From Dehalococcoidia bacterium (GTDB lineage: Bacteria; Chloroflexota; Dehalococcoidia; SZUA-161; SpSt-899): a DNA stretch of 64,000 nucleotides. The notes under the pieces are model-generated. The model had not been told where the DNA came from and ran no database searches. It worked only from the letters and a program-made list of their open reading frames with translations. The stretch lies in contig JBLYPS010000001.1 of assembly GCA_048539495.1 (NCBI GenBank), positions 11,235-75,234 of the forward strand, written 5' to 3'. The translations under genes were made by a program, and so were the position numbers. Each line of letters opens with the position of its first letter. The stretch's first letter is position 1. This document shows, one piece after another, positions 27,802-37,798 of this stretch.

Positions 27802-29253
27802 CTAGCGCCATTTCCAGAAAGATGGACTGAAGAGGGCCAGAAAGGTGAGAAGCTCCAGTCGCCCCACCAGCATGCATACTATGAGAGTTACCTTGCCGGC
27901 AGCGGGGACAAAGAAGTAATTTTCCATCGGTCCTACCAGCCCCAGGCCAGGCCCAACATTCCCCAGAGTAGCCAGCACCGAAGAGAGCGCGGTGGTTTGA
28001 TCCAGTCCAACAGCACTCATTATCAGGAAGCCAGCTACAAGGATAAAAAGATACAAAATGGCAAAGCCGGCAATTTCGGAGACAATTCCCGATGGCATGG
28101 CATCCCTTCCCAGCTTCAGGGGGATAACTGCTCGGGGATTGAAGGCCAGTAAGACCTGGCGATAGCCTAACTTGACCAGCACCAGGATTCTGATAACCTT
28201 CAGCCCCCCTCCAGTAGAGCCGGCGCAACCGCCGATAAGCATCAGTATGAGTAGGACCGCTTTGGAGAACTCCGGCCAAGCGTTGAAATCGGTGGTGATG
28301 AAGCCGGTCGTTGTCATGATGGATATGGCTTGAAAGCCAGCGTAGCGCAGCGCTTCTCCTGCCGACAGGCCCATGCTTCTTACCAGGTCTATCCCGACCA
28401 AGAGGATGGCCCCGAAAAGGAAGGCGAAGTAAGCTCGGAGCTCAACGTTAGCGAAGAAGCGCTGCGGTCGGCGTTGCCACAAGAGAATGTAATACAATCC
28501 AAAGTTTACCCCGGCGGCTATCATAAAGAAGGCAACGATGCCTTCAATCACGGGATTAGCGTAGGCACCTATACTCAAGTCTCGATGCAGGAATCCTCCG
28601 GTCGACATGGTGCTGAAGGTGGTGACCAGCGCCCCGAAAAGTGACATTCCCGCAAGAAGGAGCAACAGGACCTGAAGCAGTGATAGGCCGAGGTAAGCTT
28701 GCCACAGGATTTTGGCGGTATCTCTAATTCGCGCCGTCAGTCGTTCCACCTGAGGCCCTGGAATCTCAGCCTCGAATAAGTGTGCTGCCCCGATGCCCAG
28801 GATGGGGAACAGGGCAACAAAGAGCATCACTATCCCCATCCCCCCCAGCCATTGGATGAGACTACGCCATAGGAGAAGGCCATGAGGCTGGGTTTCAATG
28901 GGGTACAGAACAGTAGCCCCGGTGGTGGTAAGCCCCGAGACGGCCTCAAAATAGGCATCAAGAAAGGACTCGAACATTCCCCCCAACCAGAAAGGAAGAG
29001 CGCTAAAGGCCGAGGCCACTACCCAGATGAGCGCCACCAGGAAGAGGGCTTCCCGCCGACTTATTCCTTCCTTACCCCGGGGGACCAAATGCCAGAGGAT
29101 CAGTCCGGTGCTGATGGTGACAACAATGGATAGGACAAAGGCAAGAGAATCGCCCCCACCATAGTATAGAGCGAAAGCCAGGGGAAGGAGCATGCAGAGA
29201 CCGAGGATGGTTAGCACCATCCCTAAGTAATGGAGGACTGACTTGAACCTCAT
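27802..29253 (-). CDS. trkH: Trk potassium uptake membrane protein
   Basis: FEAVSGLTTTGAT, QWLGGMGI, STGGF, GGCAGSTGGGLK, GNVGPG, VGRLE. Confidence 0.96.
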   Translation of the reverse strand: MRFKSVLHYLGMVLTILGLCMLLPLAFALYYGGGDSLAFVLSIVVTISTGLILWHLVPRGKEGISRREALFLVALIWVVASAFSALPFWLGGMFESFLDAYFEAVSGLTTTGATVLYPIETQPHGLLLWRSLIQWLGGMGIVMLFVALFPILGIGAAHLFEAEIPGPQVERLTARIRDTAKILWQAYLGLSLLQVLLLLLAGMSLFGALVTTFSTMSTGGFLHRDLSIGAYANPVIEGIVAFFMIAAGVNFGLYYILLWQRRPQRFFANVELRAYFAFLFGAILLVGIDLVRSMGLSAGEALRYAGFQAISIMTTTGFITTDFNAWPEFSKAVLLILMLIGGCAGSTGGGLKVIRILVLVKLGYRQVLLAFNPRAVIPLKLGRDAMPSGIVSEIAGFAILYLFILVAGFLIMSAVGLDQTTALSSVLATLGNVGPGLGLVGPMENYFFVPAAGKVTLIVCMLVGRLELLTFLALFSPSFWKWR

Positions 29254-30612
29254 TTATGTGAAGAGCCTCTCTACTGCCAGAGTTTCCGAGAGGGGGGCAA
29301 TTATAATCACGTGATCCCCTGCCTGCACAGCAGTATCAGGTGGGGGGATAAAGACGGAGTCGCCGCGGACAATAGCACCCACTATGGCTTCCTTTGGCAA
29401 GCCGGCTTCCCTGATTCTCTTATCGATGACGTGAGCCGTCGAACTGGCAGCGAATTCGATTGCTTGTATCTGTTCCCCGCCAAGCAAGGCCACCGCGAGA
29501 ACCCCGCCGTGGAGAGCGAAGCGGGCGATCTTCTTACTGGTGAGCAGGAGGGGAGATATGGCGGTATCGATGTTTACCATTTCGGCCAGGGGAATATACT
29601 CCGGTTTGTTAACCAGCACCAGGGTTCGAGGGACACCCAGGTTCCTGGCCACCAGTCCGCTGAGGATATTGAGCTCATCGCTTTCGGTAGCTGCTATCAG
29701 TGCATCCGATGAGACAACCCCTTCCTCGATAAGGAGGTCACGGTCTGCCACCTCACCCTGGATCACCACTGCTTTTTCCAGCTTGGCCGCAAGCTCCCGG
29801 CAGCGCACTGTGTCGGGCTCGATGATCTTAACCGAAGTCCCGCTTGCGCCCAGCTCCCGGGCGAGATGAAAACCAACGCGCCCCCCTCCAAGGATCACCA
29901 CTTTCCCCGCTCGAGATCGAGGGGAATCCAATGCCGGCATCACTTCCTGCATCGCTTCTCGAGAGGCGATGACATATATGTGGTCACCTCTCCTTAGAGA
30001 GTCATCCCCTCGCGGTATCTTGCTCTCCTCGGCCCGGACTATAGTGACCACCATAGAGGACGAGGGCAGACCGATCTCACTCAGGGGGCCGACCAGGTCC
30101 TCTTTTTGCACCTTGAATTCTCTTATCTGAACCCGCCCGCCGGCGAATTCGTCCATCGGGGAAAGGTAGAGTCCGGAGAGGATTGCCTCTATCTCCTTGG
30201 CGGTCTCGACCTCGGGATTTATGAAAAGATCTATCCCCAGGCTTTTCGGTCTGACCACGTGCCTTGTTGCTTGGGGGGATTTGGCAGGGGTGATGAAATA
30301 TCCGGAATACTCCGGATTACGAACTCGCGCAATGGTGCGGCCAGCGCCCAGCTCCTTGGCCATGAAACAACTCACCATATTGGTTTCATCGCTGCTGGTG
30401 GCAGCAACGAATAATTCGGCTCGGTGCACCTCGGCCTCAAGTAGAACACGTGGGGTAGCGGCACTGCCGAGGATGGTCTTGACGTCGAGCTGACGGCGCA
30501 CGTTCTCCATGGCCCTTTCCGACTGCTCCACCACCACCACTTCCTGACCTTCCTTGGCCAACAGATAGGCTATGTGGAAACCCATTACTCCGGCACCGGC
30601 GATGACGATCAT
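29254..30612 (-). CDS. trkA: Trk potassium uptake NAD-binding subunit
   Basis: Two RCK_N (GAGVMG; GGGRVG) and RCK_C domains, 452 aa. Confidence 0.95.
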   Translation of the reverse strand: MIVIAGAGVMGFHIAYLLAKEGQEVVVVEQSERAMENVRRQLDVKTILGSAATPRVLLEAEVHRAELFVAATSSDETNMVSCFMAKELGAGRTIARVRNPEYSGYFITPAKSPQATRHVVRPKSLGIDLFINPEVETAKEIEAILSGLYLSPMDEFAGGRVQIREFKVQKEDLVGPLSEIGLPSSSMVVTIVRAEESKIPRGDDSLRRGDHIYVIASREAMQEVMPALDSPRSRAGKVVILGGGRVGFHLARELGASGTSVKIIEPDTVRCRELAAKLEKAVVIQGEVADRDLLIEEGVVSSDALIAATESDELNILSGLVARNLGVPRTLVLVNKPEYIPLAEMVNIDTAISPLLLTSKKIARFALHGGVLAVALLGGEQIQAIEFAASSTAHVIDKRIREAGLPKEAIVGAIVRGDSVFIPPPDTAVQAGDHVIIIAPLSETLAVERLFT

Positions 30613-30618
30613 TAATTT

Positions 30619-30734
30619 AGTCGAGAGTCTGGAGTCTAAAGTCCAGAGTCATTAGTCCAGTCAAGAGTCTGGAGTCTAGCGTTCAGAGTCATTAGTCCCA
30701 TCCTCTGACTCTAGGCTCTAGACTCTAGACTCTT
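30619..30734. repeat. Heptamer hairpin element (GAGTC/GACTC type) with duplicated left arm, directly upstream of trkA
   Basis: agtc.agagtctggagtcta....cagagtcattagtcc twice, then gactctaggctctagactctagactc. Confidence 0.85.
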
Positions 30735-30923
30735 AACAAGGCGACGGAAATATCTTCCCCACCTTACAATAAAGTGCAAAGGACGAAACCTCCCTTGCGG
30801 CTTTTTCCACCGTAATACCACCTCACTGGGCCGGCTGGTCGGAAGTTGCTCTAGGTGTCTTTTATTCTTCATCCAGGAATACCTCCGGTAGATTGACGGG
30901 TTCAAGGTTCCAGGGTTCAGCGT

Positions 30924-31535
30924 TCAGCGGTTCCCCTCCCAGCCCAACCGTGAATCCTTTCTCCGGCATTTCTCAGCCGTTATGATGGCCTCGATCTGCG
31001 AGATCGCCATATCCACCCCGTCCTTCTGGCTCACCACGACATAGTCAAACGAGGACAGAGCCCCCATCTCCCTCTGCGCGGTCTTCAATCGCAGCTCCAA
31101 GTCGGCCGGCGATTCTGTCTTTCGTTCCCTGAGCCGCCGCTGGAGCTCCTCCATCGATGGCGGGGAGACGAAGATCAAGCTCGCATGCGGCGCGATACGC
31201 TTGATGGTAGCTGCCCCCTGGACATCAATCCTGACGATGACATCTTTGCCTTCGACCAGGGCTTGCTCAACCGGCTTCTTCGGGATCCCGTATAGGTTGC
31301 CGTAAACATTTGCCCACTCGAGAAGTTCACCTTTCTCAATCATGTCTGTGAACTTCGCTTCGGTAATAAAGTGATAGTCCACCCCATCGGTTTCCCCCGG
31401 TCGCTGTGGCCTCGTCGTGGCGGTTACCGCAAAAAAGTAAGGGTACCCCAGGTCTTTCATCTGCCAAAGAAGGGCATCTTTACCCACCCCGGAGGGGCCG
31501 GATATGACAATAAGAAGCGGTGTTGTGCTGTTCAT
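30924..31535 (-). CDS. gmk: Guanylate kinase; last residues and stop come from a heptamer element (30899-30957)
   Basis: SGPSGVGK, TTRPQRPGE.DGVDYHF, EWANVYGNLYG, IDVQGA. Confidence 0.96.
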   Translation of the reverse strand: MNSTTPLLIVISGPSGVGKDALLWQMKDLGYPYFFAVTATTRPQRPGETDGVDYHFITEAKFTDMIEKGELLEWANVYGNLYGIPKKPVEQALVEGKDVIVRIDVQGAATIKRIAPHASLIFVSPPSMEELQRRLRERKTESPADLELRLKTAQREMGALSSFDYVVVSQKDGVDMAISQIEAIITAEKCRRKDSRLGWEGNR

Positions 31536-31536
31536 T

Positions 31537-32889
31537 CTAAGTTCGTTGCACATCCTGGGCGCTGAGCCTTGCCAAATCCTCCCAGAATGCGGGATAGGAG
31601 ATGTCCACCACCTCGGCATCGGTTATGGTAGTCTCTCCTTCCGCGACGAGTCCGGCTATCCCCAGTGTCATAGCAAGCCGATGATCGCCGTGGCTGTGGC
31701 ATCGCCCTCCTCGCAGTTGGGCCACACCGTGAATAATCATACCGTCGGGAAGCTCCTCTATATCTGCGCCCAGTTTACTAAGCTCCCGAACAGTGGCGCT
31801 GATCCTGTCCACCTCCTTCACCCGAAGCTCGCCGGCATCTCGAATCACGGTGGTGCCGCTGGCCACCGATGCGGCCAGGGCAATCGTCGGAATCTCATCA
31901 ATAACCCGGGGGATGAGGTCGCCCCCGATGTTAGTCCCCTCGAGAGGGCTCGATTCGATAAGGAGATCGGCTACCGGCTCCCTCCCCTCCAATCGCTCGT
32001 TCTCTATTTTGAGGCTCGCGCCCATCGATTGCAATACCTCAATGATACCACTTCTGGTAGGATTCGTTCCCGCGCCCATTATGCGTATTCTGGCATCAGG
32101 ATGAATCGCCCCGGCCATCAGCCAGAACGCTGCCGAACTGATGTCGCCGGGGATTCGCAGCGTGAGAGGGGCTAGGGGATCAGTAATTGGGGAGAGAGTG
32201 ATGGTTGATCCCTCGGACTTTATGCTTGCTCCCATGGCCTGGAGCATGCGCTCGGTGTGATCGCGTGAAGGAGCGGGCTGTTCTATAATCGTATCTCCGG
32301 TGGCAAAAAGGGCGGCCAGGAGGATCGACGATTTCACCTGGGCGCTGGCCATTGGGAGCCGATATCGGATGCCGTGCAACATTCCCCCTTCGACTCCGCT
32401 CAGGGCAGGCCCTCGGATGGTAAGCGGCGCCCTGGTGTTGTTATCCCTGCCTCTGATGTCGGCTCCCATAAGGCTGAGCGGTTGAATCACCCGGTCCATA
32501 GGCCGGGTTCGCAGCGATGCATCACCGGTGATCACAGAGACAAACGGCTGTGCCGCAAGTAGTCCTGCCAGAAGACGCATAGTGGTGCCGCTGTTGCCCG
32601 CATCGAGCACATCCCTCGGCCCGACGAATCCTTTCTTACCTACTCCATGGATGACGACTTTACCCCTTCGACTTCGCTCAGAGCAGGCCCGATGAAGCTC
32701 TATCTCCACCCCCAGGGCCTGCAAACAGGCGAGGGTCGAAAGACAGTCAGCCGCGGGCAAAAAATTGGAAATCTCGGCCCTCCCCCGGGCGATGCTGTTG
32801 AGTATCAGCGCCCGGTGCGAAATGGACTTGTCGCCCGGTGGGGTGATCTCCCCCTTGAGCGTTCGGGCTCTCGTTACCCTTTGTTCCAT
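31537..32889 (-). CDS. aroA: EPSP synthase with two small in-frame palindromic insertions
   Basis: PGDKSISHRA, DAGNSGTTMR, ASAQVKS, RDHTERML, ELRVKE.DR, DHRLAM; inserts ACSERSRR and PALSGVEG. Confidence 0.97.
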   Translation of the reverse strand: MEQRVTRARTLKGEITPPGDKSISHRALILNSIARGRAEISNFLPAADCLSTLACLQALGVEIELHRACSERSRRGKVVIHGVGKKGFVGPRDVLDAGNSGTTMRLLAGLLAAQPFVSVITGDASLRTRPMDRVIQPLSLMGADIRGRDNNTRAPLTIRGPALSGVEGGMLHGIRYRLPMASAQVKSSILLAALFATGDTIIEQPAPSRDHTERMLQAMGASIKSEGSTITLSPITDPLAPLTLRIPGDISSAAFWLMAGAIHPDARIRIMGAGTNPTRSGIIEVLQSMGASLKIENERLEGREPVADLLIESSPLEGTNIGGDLIPRVIDEIPTIALAASVASGTTVIRDAGELRVKEVDRISATVRELSKLGADIEELPDGMIIHGVAQLRGGRCHSHGDHRLAMTLGIAGLVAEGETTITDAEVVDISYPAFWEDLARLSAQDVQRT

Positions 32890-32894
32890 CAACC

Positions 32895-32961
32895 CAGTTC
32901 CACGGTTCCGGGGTTCACGGTTCACGGTTGGGGAGAGGAGGAACCTTGAACCATTGAACCT
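32895..32961. repeat. Heptamer hairpin element (GGTTCAC/TGAACC type) between tyrA and aroA
   Basis: gttccacggttccggggttcacggttcacggtt - ggggagaggagg - aaccttgaaccattgaacc. Confidence 0.85.
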
Positions 32962-32963
32962 TC

Positions 32964-33992
32964 TTAGAGTCTAGAGTCATTAGTCCCACCCTCGCCTCCT
33001 GACTCAGGATTCCTGACTCTTGACTCTTGACTATTGAAGCGACGCCCTTCGTTCTCAAGCCACCTCTGTCGAATCCCGCGGGCATCGCGGAGCGATTCTT
33101 CCAATCTCGGGGCACCCTCCAGAACGAGACGGCGAAATCCTTTGAGCTCCTCAATGTATCGGTCGATCCAGTTGATTATCGCGCTCTGGTTGGTGAGGCA
33201 AATCCCGCAGTTTAGCTCCGGGCTCCCCGAAGCCAGGCGGGTTGAATCGCGATAACCGGTAGCGGCAAGCTTCGACATCTGCGGCCAGAGTGGGCTTCGG
33301 GCAAGGGCCGATACCAGAGCCGAGGAAAGCAGGATGGGAAGATGGCTGACCCCGGCCACGAGCTCGTCATGCATCTCGGCGTCAATAAAAAGCGGCCTGG
33401 CTCCCACGGATTTCACCAGCCTCTCCATTGATCGGGAAGCCTCGGTGTTATCAGTCAATAGTCGATAGTCGATAGTCCCCCGCTCATCCCCTGCTGACTG
33501 CTGACTGCCGACTGCCGACTGCCGACTGCCGACTGCTAACTGCGCTGGAGTCAGGCAGTAAACGCAATCCTTCAGAAGGCGTGCTTCCGCCTCACCAAGG
33601 CCGGAGGTTTCCTTCCCGGTCATGGGATGTCCCCCGACAAAGCTGACCGTTGGAGGCAGGTACTCCTGCGCCCACTTCATAACCTGGGCTTTGGTGCTGC
33701 CGGTATCGGTCACTATGGAATCGGGTGAGAGATACCCCGCGATCTCACGGAAGATGTCTTTCATCGTCATCACCGGCGTGGCGATGATGACGATGTCGGC
33801 ATGGGATACCGCCACATCCAGATGCGCCTCCGCTCTGTCAACCATACCGCGCCTGAGGGCTTCAGCGGCCGTCTCCAGGCGTCTGGAGAAACCGACTACC
33901 TCCAGTTCACTCCCCTTAGCTTGCTTCAGGGCCAGGCCCAGGGAGCCGCCGATCAGGCCCAGCCCGATTATTGCGATTCTTTCCACAGTCAT
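32964..33992 (-). CDS. tyrA: Prephenate/arogenate dehydrogenase with internal (33452-33542) and C-terminal (32965-33034) repeat insertions
   Basis: GLGLIGGS, TDTGSTK, GGHPMTG, HD..VA.VSHLP, GYRDSTRLA; insert AVGSRQSAVGSQQSAGDERGTIDYRLLTD. Confidence 0.93.
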   Translation of the reverse strand: MTVERIAIIGLGLIGGSLGLALKQAKGSELEVVGFSRRLETAAEALRRGMVDRAEAHLDVAVSHADIVIIATPVMTMKDIFREIAGYLSPDSIVTDTGSTKAQVMKWAQEYLPPTVSFVGGHPMTGKETSGLGEAEARLLKDCVYCLTPAQLAVGSRQSAVGSQQSAGDERGTIDYRLLTDNTEASRSMERLVKSVGARPLFIDAEMHDELVAGVSHLPILLSSALVSALARSPLWPQMSKLAATGYRDSTRLASGSPELNCGICLTNQSAIINWIDRYIEELKGFRRLVLEGAPRLEESLRDARGIRQRWLENEGRRFNSQESRVRNPESGGEGGTNDSRL

Positions 33993-34663
33993 TAGAAGAA
34001 TCTCTGTCCTAAGAAGAGGTTTTCCAAGGCACCTATGATTCCTCCCAGGAGGCCAGTAAAAAAGAGGAGGACTATGACTATCAACAGGAGCATTGGGCCA
34101 TAGCGTTCGGTCTCGGCTAGTGAGATGGCCCACTTGCGAGGCAAAATTCCCACCGCTATCTTGAATCCATCCAACGGCGGTATCGGCAGCAAATTGAAAA
34201 TGGCCAGAAGCAGATTAAGACGGATGATGTCGAAAATGAGAGTAGTAAATATGCCCGAGAAGGAAAAGTCAAACAGTAGATGTAATGATAGCAATTCTAG
34301 CCTGAATAGGATGGAGAACACTCCTGCCATGAGCAGATTGGAGAGAGGTCCTGCTGCGGCAACGATGGCCATACCGGATCGAGGGTCGCCACGGAGACGG
34401 TAGGGATTGACTGGAACCGGTTTTCCCCAGCCAAATCCCACCAAGAGAATCATAATAGTGCCCATACGATCGAGATGGGTTAGTGGATTTAGTGAGATCC
34501 GCCCCATCCTTTTTGCAGTGTCATCCCCAAGCTGATTGGCTATCCAGGCGTGGCTGAACTCATGGAAGGTCAGCACCACAAGTAAAGCGATCGCAAGGGT
34601 TGTTATCAGTAGGAAGAAAACCGGTGGATTTTCAAACAGGAGATGCAGATTCCCAAGTAGCAT
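33992..34663 (-). CDS. Site-2 protease (M50) family
   Basis: HEFSH, AAAGPLSN, FNLLPIPPLDG. Confidence 0.93.
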   Translation of the reverse strand: MLLGNLHLLFENPPVFFLLITTLAIALLVVLTFHEFSHAWIANQLGDDTAKRMGRISLNPLTHLDRMGTIMILLVGFGWGKPVPVNPYRLRGDPRSGMAIVAAAGPLSNLLMAGVFSILFRLELLSLHLLFDFSFSGIFTTLIFDIIRLNLLLAIFNLLPIPPLDGFKIAVGILPRKWAISLAETERYGPMLLLIVIVLLFFTGLLGGIIGALENLFLGQRFF

Positions 34664-34678
34664 TGTTTCCTCGCTGAG

Positions 34679-34872
34679 ATATTATAGCACAGTTTTGGTA
34701 GAGATAACAGTTAGCAGACCAGGAGATCACGGTCATTAGTCCCCCTCCCTAACCTTCGCCTCTTGGCTTTAGGCTCAAGACTCAGGGGTATCGTCCGAAA
34801 GGGTTAACTCAAAATATTATAGCACAGTTTCGGTAGAGATAACAGTTAGCAGACCAGGAGATCACGGTCATT
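34679..34872 (-). promoter_or_regulatory. 59-bp direct repeat (34679-34737, 34814-34872), each copy containing an extended -10 box
   Basis: 58/59 identity; minus strand reads TGCTATAAT in both copies. Confidence 0.7.
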
Positions 34873-35022
34873 CGATAGTTGATGGTTGATGGCTCCCCGC
34901 CCCGCCCCACTTAAAACTTAATCACTTAAAAAGGGTTGGCCGTTGACTCCCGGCTACTCGTTTTGTTACACTGCTTCAGTATGAGACCTTCGGCACGTTG
35001 CCACCGGTATAGCGGGTAGTAA

Positions 35023-35083
35023 GTAGCGTGCAGCGTGTAGCCCCATCCCGCCCTACACGCTACACGCTATGCGCTACACGCTA
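35023..35083. repeat. Heptamer hairpin element (TAGCGTG/CACGCTA type)
   Basis: gtagcgtgcagcgtgtag - ccccatcccgcc - ctacacgctacacgctatgcgctacacgcta. Confidence 0.88.
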
Positions 35084-35112
35084 AATAATTACCTTTTGGA
35101 GGAGGCTTATAT

Positions 35113-36021
35113 ATGCGATTGCCTCAATCAAGGAATTCACCTCGGACATTGAAGGATTACCTGTGGCTGGCGGCATGCGGCTTCTTTATCGGTTCGGCCA
35201 ATGTTGTTCCAGGCGTATCCGGTGGCACGATAGCATTTATCCTGGGTCTTTACGAAGAACTTATTGACGCCATCAATGCGGTGAATCTGGACTTTTTCCG
35301 TCGTCTGTTCACCTTTCGGCTGCGTGAAGCCTTCGACGAGTTCCCGTGGCGCTTCTTGCTAGCACTTGGTCTGGGCATCGGGATTGCCATTTTTACCCTG
35401 GCCGAGGGATTGAGGTGGGCGCTTTATCACCATCCTGAGCTGGTGTGGGCGTTCTTCTTCGGGCTGGTGCTGGCCTCTGCGGTGGTGATTCGCAAGCGGG
35501 TGTCACGCTGGAGTCCGGTTACACTCTTGATCAGCGGACTGGCGGCGGTTGCAGCATTCGTACTTATGGGGCTGAGGCCTCATCAGACACCGGATACGGC
35601 ATGGTTTTTGATGCTTAGTGGTGCGATCGTCATCTGCGTGATGATATTGCCTGGTCTATCCGGCGCCTTTGTTTTGGTACTGCTAGGGAAATACCAATAC
35701 ATGTTGGAGGCCGTTGTGCGCCTTGATGTGCTTACTCTATTGATCTTCGCCATCGGAGCCGCAGGGGGATTGGTAGCCTTCGCCCGCGCCGTTCGCTGGC
35801 TATTACTCCACTGGAAAGACAAAACTATCGGTGTGCTGGTGGGCCTGATGCTGGGATCGCTGCGTGGGATATGGCCCTGGCAGGAACAGGGAGCCATTGT
35901 GATGCCAAGTGCTTTCACTCTGGAGGTGGCGCTGGTGCTTGTCGTTGCGGCGTTTGGGGTCGGTTTGGTATTGATTTTACAATACCTGGCTGAACGCCAC
36001 CATTTATCGGGTAACGCATAG
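35113..36021 (+). CDS. DUF368 membrane protein (undecaprenyl-phosphate translocase family)
   Basis: VVPGVSGGTIAFILGLY, MILPGLSGA, GLMLGSL..WPW. Confidence 0.92.
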   Translation: MRLPQSRNSPRTLKDYLWLAACGFFIGSANVVPGVSGGTIAFILGLYEELIDAINAVNLDFFRRLFTFRLREAFDEFPWRFLLALGLGIGIAIFTLAEGLRWALYHHPELVWAFFFGLVLASAVVIRKRVSRWSPVTLLISGLAAVAAFVLMGLRPHQTPDTAWFLMLSGAIVICVMILPGLSGAFVLVLLGKYQYMLEAVVRLDVLTLLIFAIGAAGGLVAFARAVRWLLLHWKDKTIGVLVGLMLGSLRGIWPWQEQGAIVMPSAFTLEVALVLVVAAFGVGLVLILQYLAERHHLSGNA

Positions 36022-36115
36022 CGTGTAGCGTGTCTTGAACCGTGAACCTCGAACCTGAGTAGTTACTCTTGCTTATGCTATCCTCTCTGTGATATGTTAA
36101 AGTGGAAGGGGAACG

Positions 36116-36649
36116 ATGCCTTCAACCGAATTATTCAACGGATCCGAAAAACTGCGCACTGAAGTGCTGGACATGATCGATGCTATCAGGCAAAATCATG
36201 CCCTAGAGCACGCTACCATCGCTCTTCTTATGAGGCGACCGGAGGGCAAGGTTCGGTTGATCGGCCGGGCGGGACTGACGGGATTTCATATCTACGGCGA
36301 CGTCTCCACCAGGGCGCTGGAGGAAGCCGCCAGGGAGGCATTACATCGCCTTCAATCTGGCGAAGAGGAGCTGGCGGTCTCACCGATGTGCGGAACAAAT
36401 CTCGTTGTAGCCGGACTGGCAGTGGGGACGGCTTCGATGATCGCCGGACGAGGGCGTAGAGGGCTGGGAAAGTTTGTCTGCATCGTTGAGGCGGCGATGT
36501 TGGCGATGCTGGTTGCCCAACCATTGGGCAGGCTAGCCCAGAAATATCTTACCACTACAGCAGACCTGGGCAACGTCAGCATCGTGCGAGTGGTCAAAAG
36601 GGGAGAGGGGAAATGGGTCCGGCACAAGGTCGAAGTCATCCGTGAGTAG
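36116..36649 (+). CDS. Hypothetical protein (DUF6391-like)
   Basis: IRQNHALEHATI, LAVSPMCGTN motifs. Confidence 0.7.
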   Translation: MPSTELFNGSEKLRTEVLDMIDAIRQNHALEHATIALLMRRPEGKVRLIGRAGLTGFHIYGDVSTRALEEAAREALHRLQSGEEELAVSPMCGTNLVVAGLAVGTASMIAGRGRRGLGKFVCIVEAAMLAMLVAQPLGRLAQKYLTTTADLGNVSIVRVVKRGEGKWVRHKVEVIRE

Positions 36650-36662
36650 AATAAGGGGCACA

Positions 36663-37793
36663 ATGCAGAGGAATGGAACAACGTCCGGTTACCATCGCTT
36701 GGTGATCAAGTTGGGAACCAACCTCATCACCGCTGGCGGTGATAACCTGGACCGCGAGATGATGACCAGCCTTGTGGAGCAAGTGGCACAGCTTTGCGAG
36801 CGCGGACTGCAGGCGATAATCGTTTCCTCCGGAGCAGTGGCTGCCGGGAAGCATCGACTGGGCATAAAGAAGAGGCGTCGCGATATCCCCTTCAGGCAAA
36901 TGCTGGCTGCAGTGGGACAGTGTCGTCTGATGCAAGCCTACGATGAACTCTTCTCCGCCCGCGGAATCACTGTGGCTCAAACATTGCTCACCAGGCCGGA
37001 TTTCTTAAATCGGCTGGGCTACCTCAATGCACGCAATACTCTGCTGGCGCTGCTGGAACTCGGCGTAGTGCCGATTGTCAACGAGAACGATGTGGTCTTT
37101 GTCGAGGAACTCGAAGGCACGGTCTTCGGCGATAACGATAACCTATCCGCTATGGTGGCCAATCTGGTAGATGCCGATCTGCTCATCATCCTCAGCGATG
37201 TAGCAGGGCTCTACACCTCGGACCCGAACCAGGATGCCACCGCCAGGCTAATCCCTCAAGTAGAGAGGATAGATCAATCGATTGAAGATCTCGCTGGGGG
37301 GAGGTGTGGGGAGAGGGGCGTCGGTGGAATGGCCACCAAGATCGAGGCAGCCAGGCTGGCCACCTCCTCAGGGACGGCGGTGGTCATCACCAGCGGGCAG
37401 GAGCCGCGGGTGATCCTCAGGCTGGTGGAGGGTGAGGCTCTGGGGACGTTCTTCTCCCCCGTCACCACCGGGATCGAGAGCCGCAAGCGCTGGATGCTCA
37501 GCCTGCCGGTTAAAGGCAGAATCGCCATCGACGCCGGAGCGAAGACCGCCCTCCAAAAGCGCAACAAGAGTCTTCTCCCGGCGGGGGTTGTCCGGGTGGA
37601 GGGCAGATTCGAGCGGGGGGATGTGGTGGCGATTATAGATTCGCAGGATCTCAGCCTCGCGACTGGCATATCGAACTACAGCTCGGCAGATATAGCTCAA
37701 ATCAAGGGTTGCCGCTCCGATAGTATTCAAGGGATTCTCTGCTATGAATATGGGGACGAGGTGGTGCACCGGGATAATCTGGTGGTGTTTTGA
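36663..37793 (+). CDS. proB: Glutamate 5-kinase
   Basis: VIKLGT, VSSGAVAAG, PIVNEND, FGDNDNLSA, GGMATK, C-terminal PUA domain. Confidence 0.97.
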   Translation: MQRNGTTSGYHRLVIKLGTNLITAGGDNLDREMMTSLVEQVAQLCERGLQAIIVSSGAVAAGKHRLGIKKRRRDIPFRQMLAAVGQCRLMQAYDELFSARGITVAQTLLTRPDFLNRLGYLNARNTLLALLELGVVPIVNENDVVFVEELEGTVFGDNDNLSAMVANLVDADLLIILSDVAGLYTSDPNQDATARLIPQVERIDQSIEDLAGGRCGERGVGGMATKIEAARLATSSGTAVVITSGQEPRVILRLVEGEALGTFFSPVTTGIESRKRWMLSLPVKGRIAIDAGAKTALQKRNKSLLPAGVVRVEGRFERGDVVAIIDSQDLSLATGISNYSSADIAQIKGCRSDSIQGILCYEYGDEVVHRDNLVVF

Positions 37794-37798
37794 GTAAC

